Source: an archaeon
GTDB lineage: Archaea > Nanobdellota > Nanobdellia > Pacearchaeales > GW2011-AR1
DNA length: 64,000 nt
Direction: 5' to 3'
Assembly (NCBI GenBank): GCA_043810775.1
Contig: JBDRNU010000003.1
Location: 23,776 to 87,775, forward strand
Translations under genes and position numbers: made by a program
The notes under the pieces: generated by a model
Database searches by the model: none
Seen by the model: only the letters and a program-made list of their open reading frames with translations
What the model was told of the DNA's origin: nothing
Part shown: in pieces, positions 47,521 through 57,427 of the stretch
How the letters are laid out: every line of letters begins with the position of its first letter
How positions within the stretch are numbered: position 1 is the first letter of the stretch

Positions 47521-48057
47521 ATGAAAGTAAAAATAACCAAGAACAAAGACCTTACAAAAGCTGAAAAAGAGCTAATTAATAACGCGAGAGATATGGAATG
47601 GGGTAGAAATGAAAAAAAAGACTTCGAAGAAGATTATGAAAGAGAAATGATTTGGTTTTTTATTAAAGAAAAAGAAAAAATAGTCTCTCTTGGAGGTCTT
47701 CGTCCAATTGCAATTAATTATTTGGGAAAGAGATATAATATCTTAGGAATATGTAGTGTTCTTTCAATTGAAAAAAATAAGGGTTACGGCAGAGCACTCA
47801 TTGGGGAGATAATTGAATACCTTAAAAAGAAAAACAAAACTGGTTTGGGATTCACCAAGAAAAATGAATTTTTCAAAAAAGTTGGATTAAAATCAGAGAA
47901 AGACTTCATAAAAAGGTTTATTTATAAAAATTTAAAAATAGAGAAGGAAATAATAGATAATGATGGAGATGGAGTTTATTATGAAGGAAAGGATAAATTT
48001 ATTTCCAATATCTTAAAAACTAAATCAATAGTATATATTGATATTTTACACTGGTAA
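47521..48057 (+). CDS. GNAT-like acetyltransferase
   Basis: KNKGYGRALI, FFKKVGL. Confidence 0.8.
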   Translation: MKVKITKNKDLTKAEKELINNARDMEWGRNEKKDFEEDYEREMIWFFIKEKEKIVSLGGLRPIAINYLGKRYNILGICSVLSIEKNKGYGRALIGEIIEYLKKKNKTGLGFTKKNEFFKKVGLKSEKDFIKRFIYKNLKIEKEIIDNDGDGVYYEGKDKFISNILKTKSIVYIDILHW

Positions 48058-48058
48058 A

Positions 48059-48862
48059 ATGAAAGTAGATTATACAAAAAAATTAGAAGAATTTATCAAA
48101 AAATTAAAGGAAATTCCAGAGATACTTGCAGTTTTTTATACTGGCTCAACTGCAAGAAAATCTTGGGATAAATATTCTGATATAGATATTGATGTGGTAG
48201 TTAGAGATAAAAACTACGAAAAGATAGTTAATAAACTTCCAAAGATTTTATCTATGTGGGGAGAGATTAGACTCACTAATTACTACAAAGGATGTGATGA
48301 AAATTATGCATTTATTGATAAGGAATATACAAAAGTTGAAATAGACCCAATAAAAATAAGCAATCTAAAATCTGATTTAAAGTTTAAAGATATTACAATT
48401 GAATTTGATAAAGAAGGAACATTAAAAAAAGTGCATAAAAAATCACAGAAACTAAAAAGATCCAAAATAAACATAAAGGAATTCAACCATATTCTTTTAG
48501 ACACTCGAAGCAATTTTCTTTATATTGCTAGGCATTATGCAAGGGGACAGAAATTTTCTGGAGTTGAAGAAATAACTAGGATAAGGTGGGATTTATTCTT
48601 TCTTTTATCAAAATTAAAAGGTTTGGAAGGATATGAACTGATAAGAGATGCTGAAAAGTTATTATCTAAGAGGGAATGGATTCTGTGGATGGATTCTCAT
48701 TGCAAAAATTATGAAAAGAATGAGTTAATAAGAGCTATAAAATCAAACTGGAATTTTATGAAATATATTGAAAGGGAATATGAAAGGCTAACTAAAACTA
48801 AACTTAGACTTAAATGTAATGACGACGAAATTCTAGAAGTTATTAATAAAACACTTAATTGA
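48059..48862 (+). CDS. Nucleotidyltransferase (aminoglycoside/lincosamide NT-like fold)
   Basis: TGSTAR..DKYSDIDI, helical C-domain with ARG; start moved to ATG 48059. Confidence 0.8.
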   Translation: MKVDYTKKLEEFIKKLKEIPEILAVFYTGSTARKSWDKYSDIDIDVVVRDKNYEKIVNKLPKILSMWGEIRLTNYYKGCDENYAFIDKEYTKVEIDPIKISNLKSDLKFKDITIEFDKEGTLKKVHKKSQKLKRSKINIKEFNHILLDTRSNFLYIARHYARGQKFSGVEEITRIRWDLFFLLSKLKGLEGYELIRDAEKLLSKREWILWMDSHCKNYEKNELIRAIKSNWNFMKYIEREYERLTKTKLRLKCNDDEILEVINKTLN

Positions 48863-48875
48863 ATCAAGAAATAAA

Positions 48876-50351
48876 ATGAAACAAAAGAATAAATCTAAGA
48901 TATTAAAAAAAAGTGGACTTAATTCACAATTAAGAAAAGATTTAGAAAAATTTTCTAGATTAAGATACCACTATTTCCATAACAGGTTTAGGACACCCAT
49001 CTATACCTATATTCTTTGGGAAGGTTTGACTAAACACTATAATAATGAAGTTCAGTTTAATTATGAAATAAATAATATGATAAACCTAAATAATGATTTG
49101 GCAGCAGACTTGAATGAATGGAATAGTTTAGTTGAAAGAATAGAGAATTTTCTAAAAAAGGACAAACTTCTTTTGGAAAAATTAATGAATATGGCTATAG
49201 ATTTAAACTTAAAAATAGTGAAGTTGGCTAGAGAATTAAGTCGTGAAAGACAAAAGAATTTAATTAAAAAAAAGTTAAACTTATTTTTTGAAAATAGTTA
49301 TAAATTTGGTGCATTCAATATATTTACTCTTTTGGTAGAAAAAAGTCTAGAAAATAAATTAAAAGAGATCATAAAAATAAGGTTTGGAAAAGATGAAGAT
49401 AAAATATTCCAGATATTAACGACACCACAGGAGTTGAGTGCTATCCAGGAGAAAGAGATAGATCTTTTAAAAATTGCGGAAATGTCTATGAATAATAAAG
49501 AGAAGTATATAAAAAAGCATTTAGAAAAATTTGCATGGTTAAAAAATAGTTCTTACAATGGAGAATTTTATACATTAAAAGAGGTGATGAAAGAAATAAA
49601 AAAGATAAAAAACATAAACCAGCAGTACAAGGAAAAAGAAGAAATCCATAAAAAAGAGTTTGCTAAATATTTTCATTATTTAGAAAATAATGAAAAAGAA
49701 CTTGTCAGAGTTTTATTAAAATCTATAAATTTTAGAAGCTGGAGAACAGAAAGATTTTATTTTAATGCTTTTATTTTAAATAATCTTTTTATGTTCCTTG
49801 GAAAAGAAATTGGACTAAAAGATTATAAAGATATATTTTATCTTACTCCACCTGAAATCTTAAATTTAATTGAAGAAAGAAAAGTAAATTTGGATTTAAT
49901 TGAAGAAAGAAAAAAAGGTTATGTGATGATATCTGATAAATTTTCAACAAGGATTTATTCTGGAAATAATGTAAAGAAATTCAAAAAGAAAATAAACTTT
50001 CAGGAAAAACTAAACAATAAAATAGAAGAGATTTCTGGACAAATAGTTTATCCTGGAAATGCTATTGGAAATGCAAGAGTCATAAATAAAAGGGAAGATT
50101 TGAAGAAAGTTAAAAGAGGAGAGATACTTATTACTGAAATGACTACTCCTGATTATGTTCCATCATTAAAGCTAGTTAAAGGAATAGCCACTAATGAAGG
50201 GGGAATAATGTGTCATGCAGCAATTATATCTAGGGAATTAAAAATACCTTGTATAGTTGGAACAAAAATAGTTACTAAAATTTTTAAAAATGGTGACTTA
50301 ATTGAGATTGATGCAAATAAAGGAATTATAAAATTAATTAAAAAGAAGTAA
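48876..50351 (+). CDS. PEP-utilizing enzyme mobile (phospho-His swivel) domain protein
   Basis: EILITEMTTP, GGIMCHAAIISRELKIPCIVG; no ATP-grasp domain evident. Confidence 0.88.
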   Translation: MKQKNKSKILKKSGLNSQLRKDLEKFSRLRYHYFHNRFRTPIYTYILWEGLTKHYNNEVQFNYEINNMINLNNDLAADLNEWNSLVERIENFLKKDKLLLEKLMNMAIDLNLKIVKLARELSRERQKNLIKKKLNLFFENSYKFGAFNIFTLLVEKSLENKLKEIIKIRFGKDEDKIFQILTTPQELSAIQEKEIDLLKIAEMSMNNKEKYIKKHLEKFAWLKNSSYNGEFYTLKEVMKEIKKIKNINQQYKEKEEIHKKEFAKYFHYLENNEKELVRVLLKSINFRSWRTERFYFNAFILNNLFMFLGKEIGLKDYKDIFYLTPPEILNLIEERKVNLDLIEERKKGYVMISDKFSTRIYSGNNVKKFKKKINFQEKLNNKIEEISGQIVYPGNAIGNARVINKREDLKKVKRGEILITEMTTPDYVPSLKLVKGIATNEGGIMCHAAIISRELKIPCIVGTKIVTKIFKNGDLIEIDANKGIIKLIKKK

Positions 50352-50424
50352 AAGAATAAAAATCTCTTTATACAAAAAAGTTAAGTATAATAATGCTTAA
50401 AAATAGCAAAAATATAGCTTCTTA

Positions 50425-50850
50425 ATGGTTCAAATTAATTATGACACATTTAAAATTAAAAGGTATAATTTATGGGATTTATTCTTGCATACAAAACAAT
50501 TCCCATATATTGGCAGATGTTACGCATGGGCTAAAAGAGAAGACGCTGTAAAAATTGAAGATATGAACCCAAAGGAAAGAAAAGAGCTATTTGAGAAAGT
50601 TGTTCCTGACTGGGAAAAAGCAGTATCTGCGGCATTTGCCCATGACTGGACTAATTTAGCTTTTTTTGAAAATACAACATCACATCTACATGCGCACTTA
50701 ATACCCAGATATAATACTCCCAAAGAAGCTTATGGAATTGAATTTATAGACCCAAATCCAAAAGGCAATTATTCACCTTATCCACATCAAGAACTTGAAG
50801 GTGAAGTGCTTATAAAAATTAAAGAAGATATTAAAACTTGGATAAGTTAA
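50425..50850 (+). CDS. HIT family hydrolase
   Basis: HLHAHLIPRY. Confidence 0.92.
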   Translation: MVQINYDTFKIKRYNLWDLFLHTKQFPYIGRCYAWAKREDAVKIEDMNPKERKELFEKVVPDWEKAVSAAFAHDWTNLAFFENTTSHLHAHLIPRYNTPKEAYGIEFIDPNPKGNYSPYPHQELEGEVLIKIKEDIKTWIS

Positions 50851-50905
50851 GAATTCTATCAAAAGAATAGTTATTTAAATCAAATTTCCAATATTAAATT
50901 ATAAA

Positions 50906-51943
50906 ATGGTATTAGAAAATTATATAGCTAATGATTGGTTAAGAGTATTTGTAATATTAGTATCTATTGGTTTTTTTATTAGAGTTAGTTTTTATATTTT
51001 AGAAAAAATTCTTTTGCAGATAGCTTCAAAAACTAAGACAGATGCGGATGACAAGCTAATTAGAAAAGCTTCGGGGCCACTTACTTTTTTAGCTATTTTT
51101 ATGAGTTTAAGGGTAACTTTAACTGAATTAACTATTTCAGTAGGAGTTTATAATGTTATTGTAAATATTCTTTACACTTTAATGATAATAGTGATAGGAT
51201 ATCTAGCTTTTGTTTTTTCAGAGCTAATTCTTATAAGAGTTGTTAAAAAAGCTGCTGGCAGGACTAAATCAGAAATTGATGATAATTTAATTTCATTATT
51301 TGAGAGTGCATTGAAAGTGGCATTATTTATTATAATCCTCCTTTATATACTTGGTTTATGGGGTATTGAGATTACTCCCCTACTAGCTGGATTGGGAATA
51401 GCTGGATTGGCAGTAGCTCTTGCACTCCAACCATTGCTTAGCAATATATTTTCAGGCGCGGCCATTGTCCTTGACAAGACAGTTAGAGTAGGTGATTTGG
51501 TATATTTGGACAGTCAAACTAAAGGAAAAATTAAAAGAGTTGGGCTAAGAAGCACTAGAGTAATTACTTTTGATAATGAGCTTATTATTGTTCCAAATAA
51601 TAAGCTTGCTGATAGTGTAGTTCAAAATGTAGCCCTTCCAGAACCTAAAACAAGAGTAGTTATTCCTTTTGGAGTGGCTTATGGGAGTGATATTGAAAAA
51701 GTAAAGAAAGTTGTGCTTGCTGAAATTAAGAAAGTAAATCATCTAGAAAAAGATCCTGAACCTTTCGTAAGATTTCTGGAGATGGCTGATTCAAGCTTGA
51801 ATTTTAAAGCTTATTTTTGGGTTGATTCTTTTGAAAACAAATTTTCAGCAATAGATGAAGCCAACACTATAATTTATAATGCTTTGAATAAGAACAAAAT
51901 AAATATACCATTCCCACAAGTAGATGTACATTTAAAGAAGTAA
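50906..51943 (+). CDS. mscS: Small-conductance mechanosensitive channel
   Basis: GLGIAGLAVALALQ, GLRST, IVPN, IPFPQ. Confidence 0.95.
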   Translation: MVLENYIANDWLRVFVILVSIGFFIRVSFYILEKILLQIASKTKTDADDKLIRKASGPLTFLAIFMSLRVTLTELTISVGVYNVIVNILYTLMIIVIGYLAFVFSELILIRVVKKAAGRTKSEIDDNLISLFESALKVALFIIILLYILGLWGIEITPLLAGLGIAGLAVALALQPLLSNIFSGAAIVLDKTVRVGDLVYLDSQTKGKIKRVGLRSTRVITFDNELIIVPNNKLADSVVQNVALPEPKTRVVIPFGVAYGSDIEKVKKVVLAEIKKVNHLEKDPEPFVRFLEMADSSLNFKAYFWVDSFENKFSAIDEANTIIYNALNKNKINIPFPQVDVHLKK

Positions 51944-51975
51944 AAGAATAAAAACTCCAAATTATAACTAAATAT

Positions 51976-52830
51976 ATGAAAAAAGCAGTGTATAAGGCTA
52001 TGAGTGCTATTTTATTTTTATTAGGAGGTGTATTTATTTTAAGCTCTGCTTCTGGATTAACTGGCTATGTTATTTTTGAAGGAGTTAAATCAAATTATGG
52101 CTTTTTTATTGGATTAATACTATTAGCAGGTGGATTATTGGGATTTATTTTTTCTGGTGGAAGAAGCTTTTTGCCAGCTGCAAAATTAGAAGATATTGTA
52201 GAAAGTAGAACATCTTCCTTGCCAGATTATATGAAAGAGAGGCAATTTATAATATTCGATGAAGATTTTTTAAGCGGGAGATTTAAAACTTCAAAACATA
52301 GATTAACATATTTAAAAAATCTAATTGCAGAAGGATACTCTTTAGTAGTTCCTAATTCTTTAAAAGAAGAATTTTCAGAACTTGAAAAACTTGAAGGAAC
52401 AGTTAGTTTCTCAAAATCTCCAGGATATTCTCAAATAAAAGGAGAAGCATTAGAGTTATTAAAAAGAACAGAAAAATATCAGGAAGGAGCAAGACTTCTT
52501 GCTTATACAACTCCTCAAGAAGTGCCTAGAAGACTAATGTCAAGGTTTGCAAATGATATTAAAGCACTTGAAGAATTAGGAAAAATGAAAGGTAATACAA
52601 AAAAAGATTGGGTTACTTTGAGAAATTATGTGGAAAAGCAGTATACTGATTTAGATGTAGATTCTGATATACTTGCTTCTGCTATTTATGGTGGAAGATC
52701 AGGAGCAGTGGTAGTAGTAAGTGGAGATAGTAGAATAGACCAGACAATACATGCTTTAAAAGCACAAGATTATGGGCATTCTAAAAATATAATTTATATC
52801 AGCCCTCAAGAAGATAAAATAGTTACTTGA
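51976..52830 (+). CDS. Two-TM (SGLTGYVI) module fused to PIN-like domain
   Basis: TM hairpin; FIIFDEDFL, LVVP..KEE, DVDSDIL, VVSGD spacing resembles PIN. Confidence 0.65.
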   Translation: MKKAVYKAMSAILFLLGGVFILSSASGLTGYVIFEGVKSNYGFFIGLILLAGGLLGFIFSGGRSFLPAAKLEDIVESRTSSLPDYMKERQFIIFDEDFLSGRFKTSKHRLTYLKNLIAEGYSLVVPNSLKEEFSELEKLEGTVSFSKSPGYSQIKGEALELLKRTEKYQEGARLLAYTTPQEVPRRLMSRFANDIKALEELGKMKGNTKKDWVTLRNYVEKQYTDLDVDSDILASAIYGGRSGAVVVVSGDSRIDQTIHALKAQDYGHSKNIIYISPQEDKIVT

Positions 52831-53279
52831 CGAGATAAATCAGCTTTACTTCTTTTAATTGTTTCTAGTATATCTTGGGCTCTTTCTTTTTCTATTAGAG
52901 AAACTAGTTTTTTTTCATCAACTGCGCTATAATCGATTATTTTACCGAATTCGACTCCTTTTTCTGTTTTATCAACTTGAGAAAACCCAAAAATTCCTTC
53001 AGGTGCACAAACTCCTACTAATGAGTTTTGATATTGAGCATAATAATACTCTAATTTTTCTGCTAGGTTTTCTACACTTCCAGGGTCTAGGAATACTGGA
53101 ATTACTTTAAATCTAGAGTCAATGCCAGGACTATGAGATGTACCTTCCATCATGCTATGATACAAATCATAGCTTCCGCTTCTTGTAGAAATTATATCTT
53201 CATCTCCAAATAAGGTTACATCTCTCGGATTTCCAAGTACTGAATTCACTAGATCGCGATAAATCATTATTTTTCCCAT
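52806..53279 (-). CDS. Hypothetical protein
   Basis: 157-aa ORF convergent with and overlapping the PIN-like gene. Confidence 0.65.
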   Translation of the reverse strand: MGKIMIYRDLVNSVLGNPRDVTLFGDEDIISTRSGSYDLYHSMMEGTSHSPGIDSRFKVIPVFLDPGSVENLAEKLEYYYAQYQNSLVGVCAPEGIFGFSQVDKTEKGVEFGKIIDYSAVDEKKLVSLIEKERAQDILETIKRSKADLSRQVTILSS

Positions 53280-53418
53280 TTTAAGCTATTTTTACTTACT
53301 CAAACTTTCACTCATCATCTATTTTCAAGATAGTTTCATGAAAATTTTAATCCTTGGTCTTGGTTTTAGTTACTAGAAGTAGCTTATAAATCTTACTAAT
53401 AATGGGAAAAAAGAGAGA

Positions 53419-53895
53419 TTACCCTATTAAGATACTTCTCTCTTCTTGCCTTTTTCTAGAAAGCTTATTGCTAATTTCCATTAAGTTAGGATATAAATCA
53501 GCAGCTACCCTGTCAGTAAAGCCAAGGCTCCTCATTACACCCATATAATCTTCTGCAGTTAGCCTACAGCCTGTATTTACTCCAAAATACAAATTTGTCT
53601 CTCTTACTAGTCTTTCTTCAGCTATATAACCTTCTAAAACATCTCCGTGTCTTGGATATTCTGCTTTGAATTTTTCAATTCCATTTCTCATACCTCTTGC
53701 TTTCATTGTTTCATCTTCTTCAACTCTTGCATATACTCTATCACCTGCAAAATCTCCATCATAAGCTTCAAGATCAACAGCTTTAGCTAGTTTTGGCTTT
53801 GTCCTGTCAAGCTTTCCACCTATGCTTTTTATAGGGATGCTTATCCTGTCAGTAGCAATTATTTCAATAATTTGCCTTTCAAGTTCATTTGTCAT
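53419..53895 (-). CDS. Hypothetical protein
   Basis: 158-aa ORF with GGAGG SD. Confidence 0.75.
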   Translation of the reverse strand: MTNELERQIIEIIATDRISIPIKSIGGKLDRTKPKLAKAVDLEAYDGDFAGDRVYARVEEDETMKARGMRNGIEKFKAEYPRHGDVLEGYIAEERLVRETNLYFGVNTGCRLTAEDYMGVMRSLGFTDRVAADLYPNLMEISNKLSRKRQEERSILIG

Positions 53896-54014
53896 TTTAT
53901 TTTTGCCTCCATAAATTTAGTTAATAGAATAAGCTAAAAATTGTATTTAGTTTTATGAGGTGGTAAGATTCACCCCACTAGAAAGTTTTAAAAGGTTCAA
54001 AAACATAAAATACC

Positions 54015-54710
54015 ATGGAAGAACTAAAGGAAGCTGGATTAACTGGAAATGAGAGTAAGGTATACTTAGCATTATTAGATTTAGGACCTAGTTTAGCTGG
54101 GCAAATATCTAGAAGAACTGGCTTGCATAGAAGAACTGTTTATGATGTAACTGAGATGCTGATTAAAAAAGGCCTTATTGGATATATTTTAAGGAATAAT
54201 AGGAGATTGTTTCAGGCTTCACCCCCTTCAAAATTCCTAGACATAATCAAGGAAAAAGAAAACCTTATCCAACCTATAGTTAAAAGTCTTGAAATAAAAT
54301 ATGCCAAAACAAGAGAAAAAGAGGAAACTAATTTTTACAAAGGAAAAGAAGGGTTAAAAACAGTTTTTGAAGACCAGCTAAAAAGTAAAGATATACTCAT
54401 TTTAGGAGCTTCTCCAAAAGCTTATGAAGTCTTACAATTTTACTTTAAGTGGTATGACAAAACAAGGAAGGAAAGAAAAATTCAAGCCAGAATTATTGCT
54501 CAAGACAGAAAAATCAAAAGAATTCCACTTGCAAAAATAAGATATCTTCCTGAAAAATATGCAAATCCTGTTTCTGTGAATATTTATGGAGATAAAACTG
54601 CAATTATTCTCTGGGCAAGCCAGCCTTATGCAATAGTTATAAAAAGCAAGGAAGTTTCTGAAGGTTATAGAAATTATTTTGAATTAATGTGGAAAATAGC
54701 AAAGAATTAA
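54015..54710 (+). CDS. TrmB-family transcriptional regulator
   Basis: GLTGNESKVYLALL, HRRTVYD..L.KKGL, YKGKEG, IYGDK. Confidence 0.9.
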   Translation: MEELKEAGLTGNESKVYLALLDLGPSLAGQISRRTGLHRRTVYDVTEMLIKKGLIGYILRNNRRLFQASPPSKFLDIIKEKENLIQPIVKSLEIKYAKTREKEETNFYKGKEGLKTVFEDQLKSKDILILGASPKAYEVLQFYFKWYDKTRKERKIQARIIAQDRKIKRIPLAKIRYLPEKYANPVSVNIYGDKTAIILWASQPYAIVIKSKEVSEGYRNYFELMWKIAKN

Positions 54711-54994
54711 GGGATATATGCCTTTTGCCCATCAAACCAACAAATCCAATTATTTTTATGAGGAATCTTATTAACCTGAACTGTTAAGCCTTTATCTTCA
54801 GCTGATTTTTCTCTCCAGACAGAAAAACCCTCATCTTTGTTAGCTAAAATATACTTTATTCCTTTTTCTTGTAAATCATTTATAATGCTCTGCAATTCAC
54901 ATATCCTATCTACTACCTTTGACACAGGAACAGCATACTTTTCTCTAGAAGGAAACTCTTTTAATGGTTTATCCATACAATATTCAATATTCAT
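54707..54994 (-). CDS. Hypothetical protein
   Basis: 95-aa ORF with upstream TATA. Confidence 0.55.
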   Translation of the reverse strand: MNIEYCMDKPLKEFPSREKYAVPVSKVVDRICELQSIINDLQEKGIKYILANKDEGFSVWREKSAEDKGLTVQVNKIPHKNNWICWFDGQKAYIP

Positions 54995-55046
54995 TTGCTT
55001 TTCAGAATAACGTTATTTTTAAATATCACCTTTAGCTAGTAATAAT

Positions 55047-55310
55047 ATGCCAGAAAAAAAGCTTAAACCCAGTATGAGGGAGAAGAAAAGATACTTATTA
55101 TTAGATGGAAGTCCCAGCAAGAAAGAGGTTGAAAAAGCTATTTTAGATTTTATTGGAATATTAGGCTATGCTAAATCTGGAATTGAATTTCCAAGAAAAA
55201 ACATTATTGCAATAAATAGGAAAGAAGTTGACAAAATAAGGGCAGCTTTATTATTAAGTGGAAATATCAGAGTTAAGAAAGTTTCTGGAAGCTTGAAAAA
55301 ACTGAAATAA
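55047..55310 (+). CDS. rnp2: RNase P protein Pop5/Rpp14
   Basis: PSMREKKRYL, FIGILG, VSGSLKK. Confidence 0.88.
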   Translation: MPEKKLKPSMREKKRYLLLDGSPSKKEVEKAILDFIGILGYAKSGIEFPRKNIIAINRKEVDKIRAALLLSGNIRVKKVSGSLKKLK

Positions 55311-55378
55311 TAGTATTTTTAGCTATATTGCTCAAAAGAACATAAATCTTTAAAAACTATTATCTATAAACAATCCAA

Positions 55379-55933
55379 ATGCCAAAAATATTGTATGCAA
55401 GAGAGTATCCTGTGGATTTACCAGATGACGCAAAAGAAAAGGCAACTATTTTAACTGAGCATACTGTTTCTGAAGCAATTGAGATTATTCAGAGAGAAAG
55501 AGATTTTAGTGGTTATGTTCTGGGAATGGTTATGGTTAGAGAGGGAGTCAGGCTTGAAGATATGGACAATATATATGAAAATAGGTTTAATTTATTTGAA
55601 AAAATATATGAGATTACTGGAGGGGATGAAATAGATCTGGATGAATTAGAAAAGAGATTAGGATATGAAAAAGTGATGGAATTAACAAATCTAAGAAAAC
55701 AAAGTGAAATATTAGATTCTGAAAAATGGGAACTACTTGACGTCAATGCAGGAGAACAGGTTTTCCAGTATCTTGAAGAAATTGGAGAAGTTGGCAAAAA
55801 GCCAGTATTATGGTATACAAGCCAGTATCCAAATAATAAGCTTACTTATCCAGATAGCAAAAAACTTATAGAACTGGCAGACATACCTATAAGGGATGAA
55901 GTAATACTTAAATGGCTTGACAAGCTAAAGTAG
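55379..55933 (+). CDS. Degenerate receiver-like protein with internal helical insertion
   Basis: KILYA, SEAIEIIQ..DFSGYVLGMVM, GEQVFQYL, KPVLWYTS, IP..EVILKWL follow CheY secondary-structure order. Confidence 0.55.
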   Translation: MPKILYAREYPVDLPDDAKEKATILTEHTVSEAIEIIQRERDFSGYVLGMVMVREGVRLEDMDNIYENRFNLFEKIYEITGGDEIDLDELEKRLGYEKVMELTNLRKQSEILDSEKWELLDVNAGEQVFQYLEEIGEVGKKPVLWYTSQYPNNKLTYPDSKKLIELADIPIRDEVILKWLDKLK

Positions 55934-56009
55934 AAAAATTTAAAAACCATTAATTCTTACCTTAATTGTCGAGATGGAAAATTTAAGCTGATATTAGCTT
56001 TTTTTAAAA

Positions 56010-56735
56010 ATGGATATGTCAATGGAAATGCAAAATCAGGTAATGGGCTATGATAGAGCTGCGACTATGTTTTCCCCAGATGGACATTTATTGCAAGTAG
56101 AGTATGCAGAAAAAACAGTGAGATTAGGAAGTGCAAGCATAGGGATAGTTTGTAAAGATGGGGTAGTCCTGATAGCTGATAAAAGAATTAAGGATAAATT
56201 GATTTTAACTGAATCTGCAAATAAAATTTATGAAATTGATGACCATATAGCTGCCACTGCTGCAGGAATATTATCTGATGCAAGAGTACTGATTGAAAGA
56301 GTTCAAGTAATATCTCAACAGCATAGAGTTACTTTTGATTCTGAGATTGATGTAGAATCAATAATTAAAGAAATAGCAAACGTAAAACAAGCATTTACAC
56401 AGTATGGAGGAGCAAGACCTTTTGGAGTATCAGTAATGGTGGCAGGTGTTAGCGGAAATAAGCCTAAACTTTATGTAAGTGATGTAACTGGAAATTATTT
56501 TTCATATAAAGCTTCTGCAATTGGTGAAAATGATGAAAAAATCAAAGAAGAATTAAGAAAAGAATACAAAGAAGGATTGAGTATAGATGATGGAATAAAA
56601 TTAGCATTTAAAATATTCAAAGAAATTCAGGGAAAGAATTTTGAGATAGATAGATTTGATGTAGGATATATTAAATCTAAAGAAATGAAATTAAATAGAC
56701 TTCATGGGGATGAACTTAAGAAGTACTCTAAATAA
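56010..56735 (+). CDS. psmA: Proteasome alpha subunit
   Basis: GYDRAATMFSPDGHLLQVEYA, RPFGVS. Confidence 0.97.
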   Translation: MDMSMEMQNQVMGYDRAATMFSPDGHLLQVEYAEKTVRLGSASIGIVCKDGVVLIADKRIKDKLILTESANKIYEIDDHIAATAAGILSDARVLIERVQVISQQHRVTFDSEIDVESIIKEIANVKQAFTQYGGARPFGVSVMVAGVSGNKPKLYVSDVTGNYFSYKASAIGENDEKIKEELRKEYKEGLSIDDGIKLAFKIFKEIQGKNFEIDRFDVGYIKSKEMKLNRLHGDELKKYSK

Positions 56736-56743
56736 ATTATAAA

Positions 56744-57427
56744 ATGGCAGAAGTAGAAGCAAGATATAGGGTCCAGGGAAAAGAGTTTCAAATTCTTGTT
56801 GATTTTGACAAAGCTTTGAAATATAAAAAAGGAGAAAATGTTTCAGTGGGAGAAGTAGTACTTACTGATGAAATTTTTTATGATATTAAAAAAGGATTAA
56901 AAGCTTCAAATTCTGACTTGGAAAAAACTTTTGGAAGTTCTGATATTATTAAAGTTGAAGAAAAAATAATTAAAAATGGAAGCATACAAGTCCCAGCAGA
57001 TCATAGGGATAAGGAAAAAGAACAAAAATTGAAGCAAATAGTTGAATTTTTGATTAAAAATGCTGTAGATCCAAGAACTGCAATGCCACATACTCCTACA
57101 AGGATTGAAGATGCAATTAAACAATCAGGAATAAATATAGACAATAGGCCAGTAGAGGAGCAAATTTCAAAAATTATTGAAAAAATAAGGGAAATTCTAC
57201 CTGTTAAGATTGAGACTAAGAAACTGAGAATAAAAATTCCGGCTGTTCATACTGGAAAAATTTATAGTTTAATTAAGGAGTACAAGGAAAAAGAAGATTG
57301 GATGGGAAATGGGGATTTAATTTGCGTTATTAACCTGCCAATCGGGATGCAAATGGATTTTTATGATAAGTTAAATGCAGTTACTCATGGTAGCTCTATA
57401 GTTGAGGAAATTAAAAATGATAGTTAA
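56744..57427 (+). CDS. sdo1: Ribosome maturation factor SBDS/Sdo1
   Basis: NAVDPRTAMPHTPTRIE; synteny. Confidence 0.95.
   Translation: MAEVEARYRVQGKEFQILVDFDKALKYKKGENVSVGEVVLTDEIFYDIKKGLKASNSDLEKTFGSSDIIKVEEKIIKNGSIQVPADHRDKEKEQKLKQIVEFLIKNAVDPRTAMPHTPTRIEDAIKQSGINIDNRPVEEQISKIIEKIREILPVKIETKKLRIKIPAVHTGKIYSLIKEYKEKEDWMGNGDLICVINLPIGMQMDFYDKLNAVTHGSSIVEEIKNDS

Noticed and set aside
53957-53981. GTGG-N11-CCAC inverted repeat upstream of the second trmB as an operator
   Set aside because: Too short and single-copy to support from sequence alone
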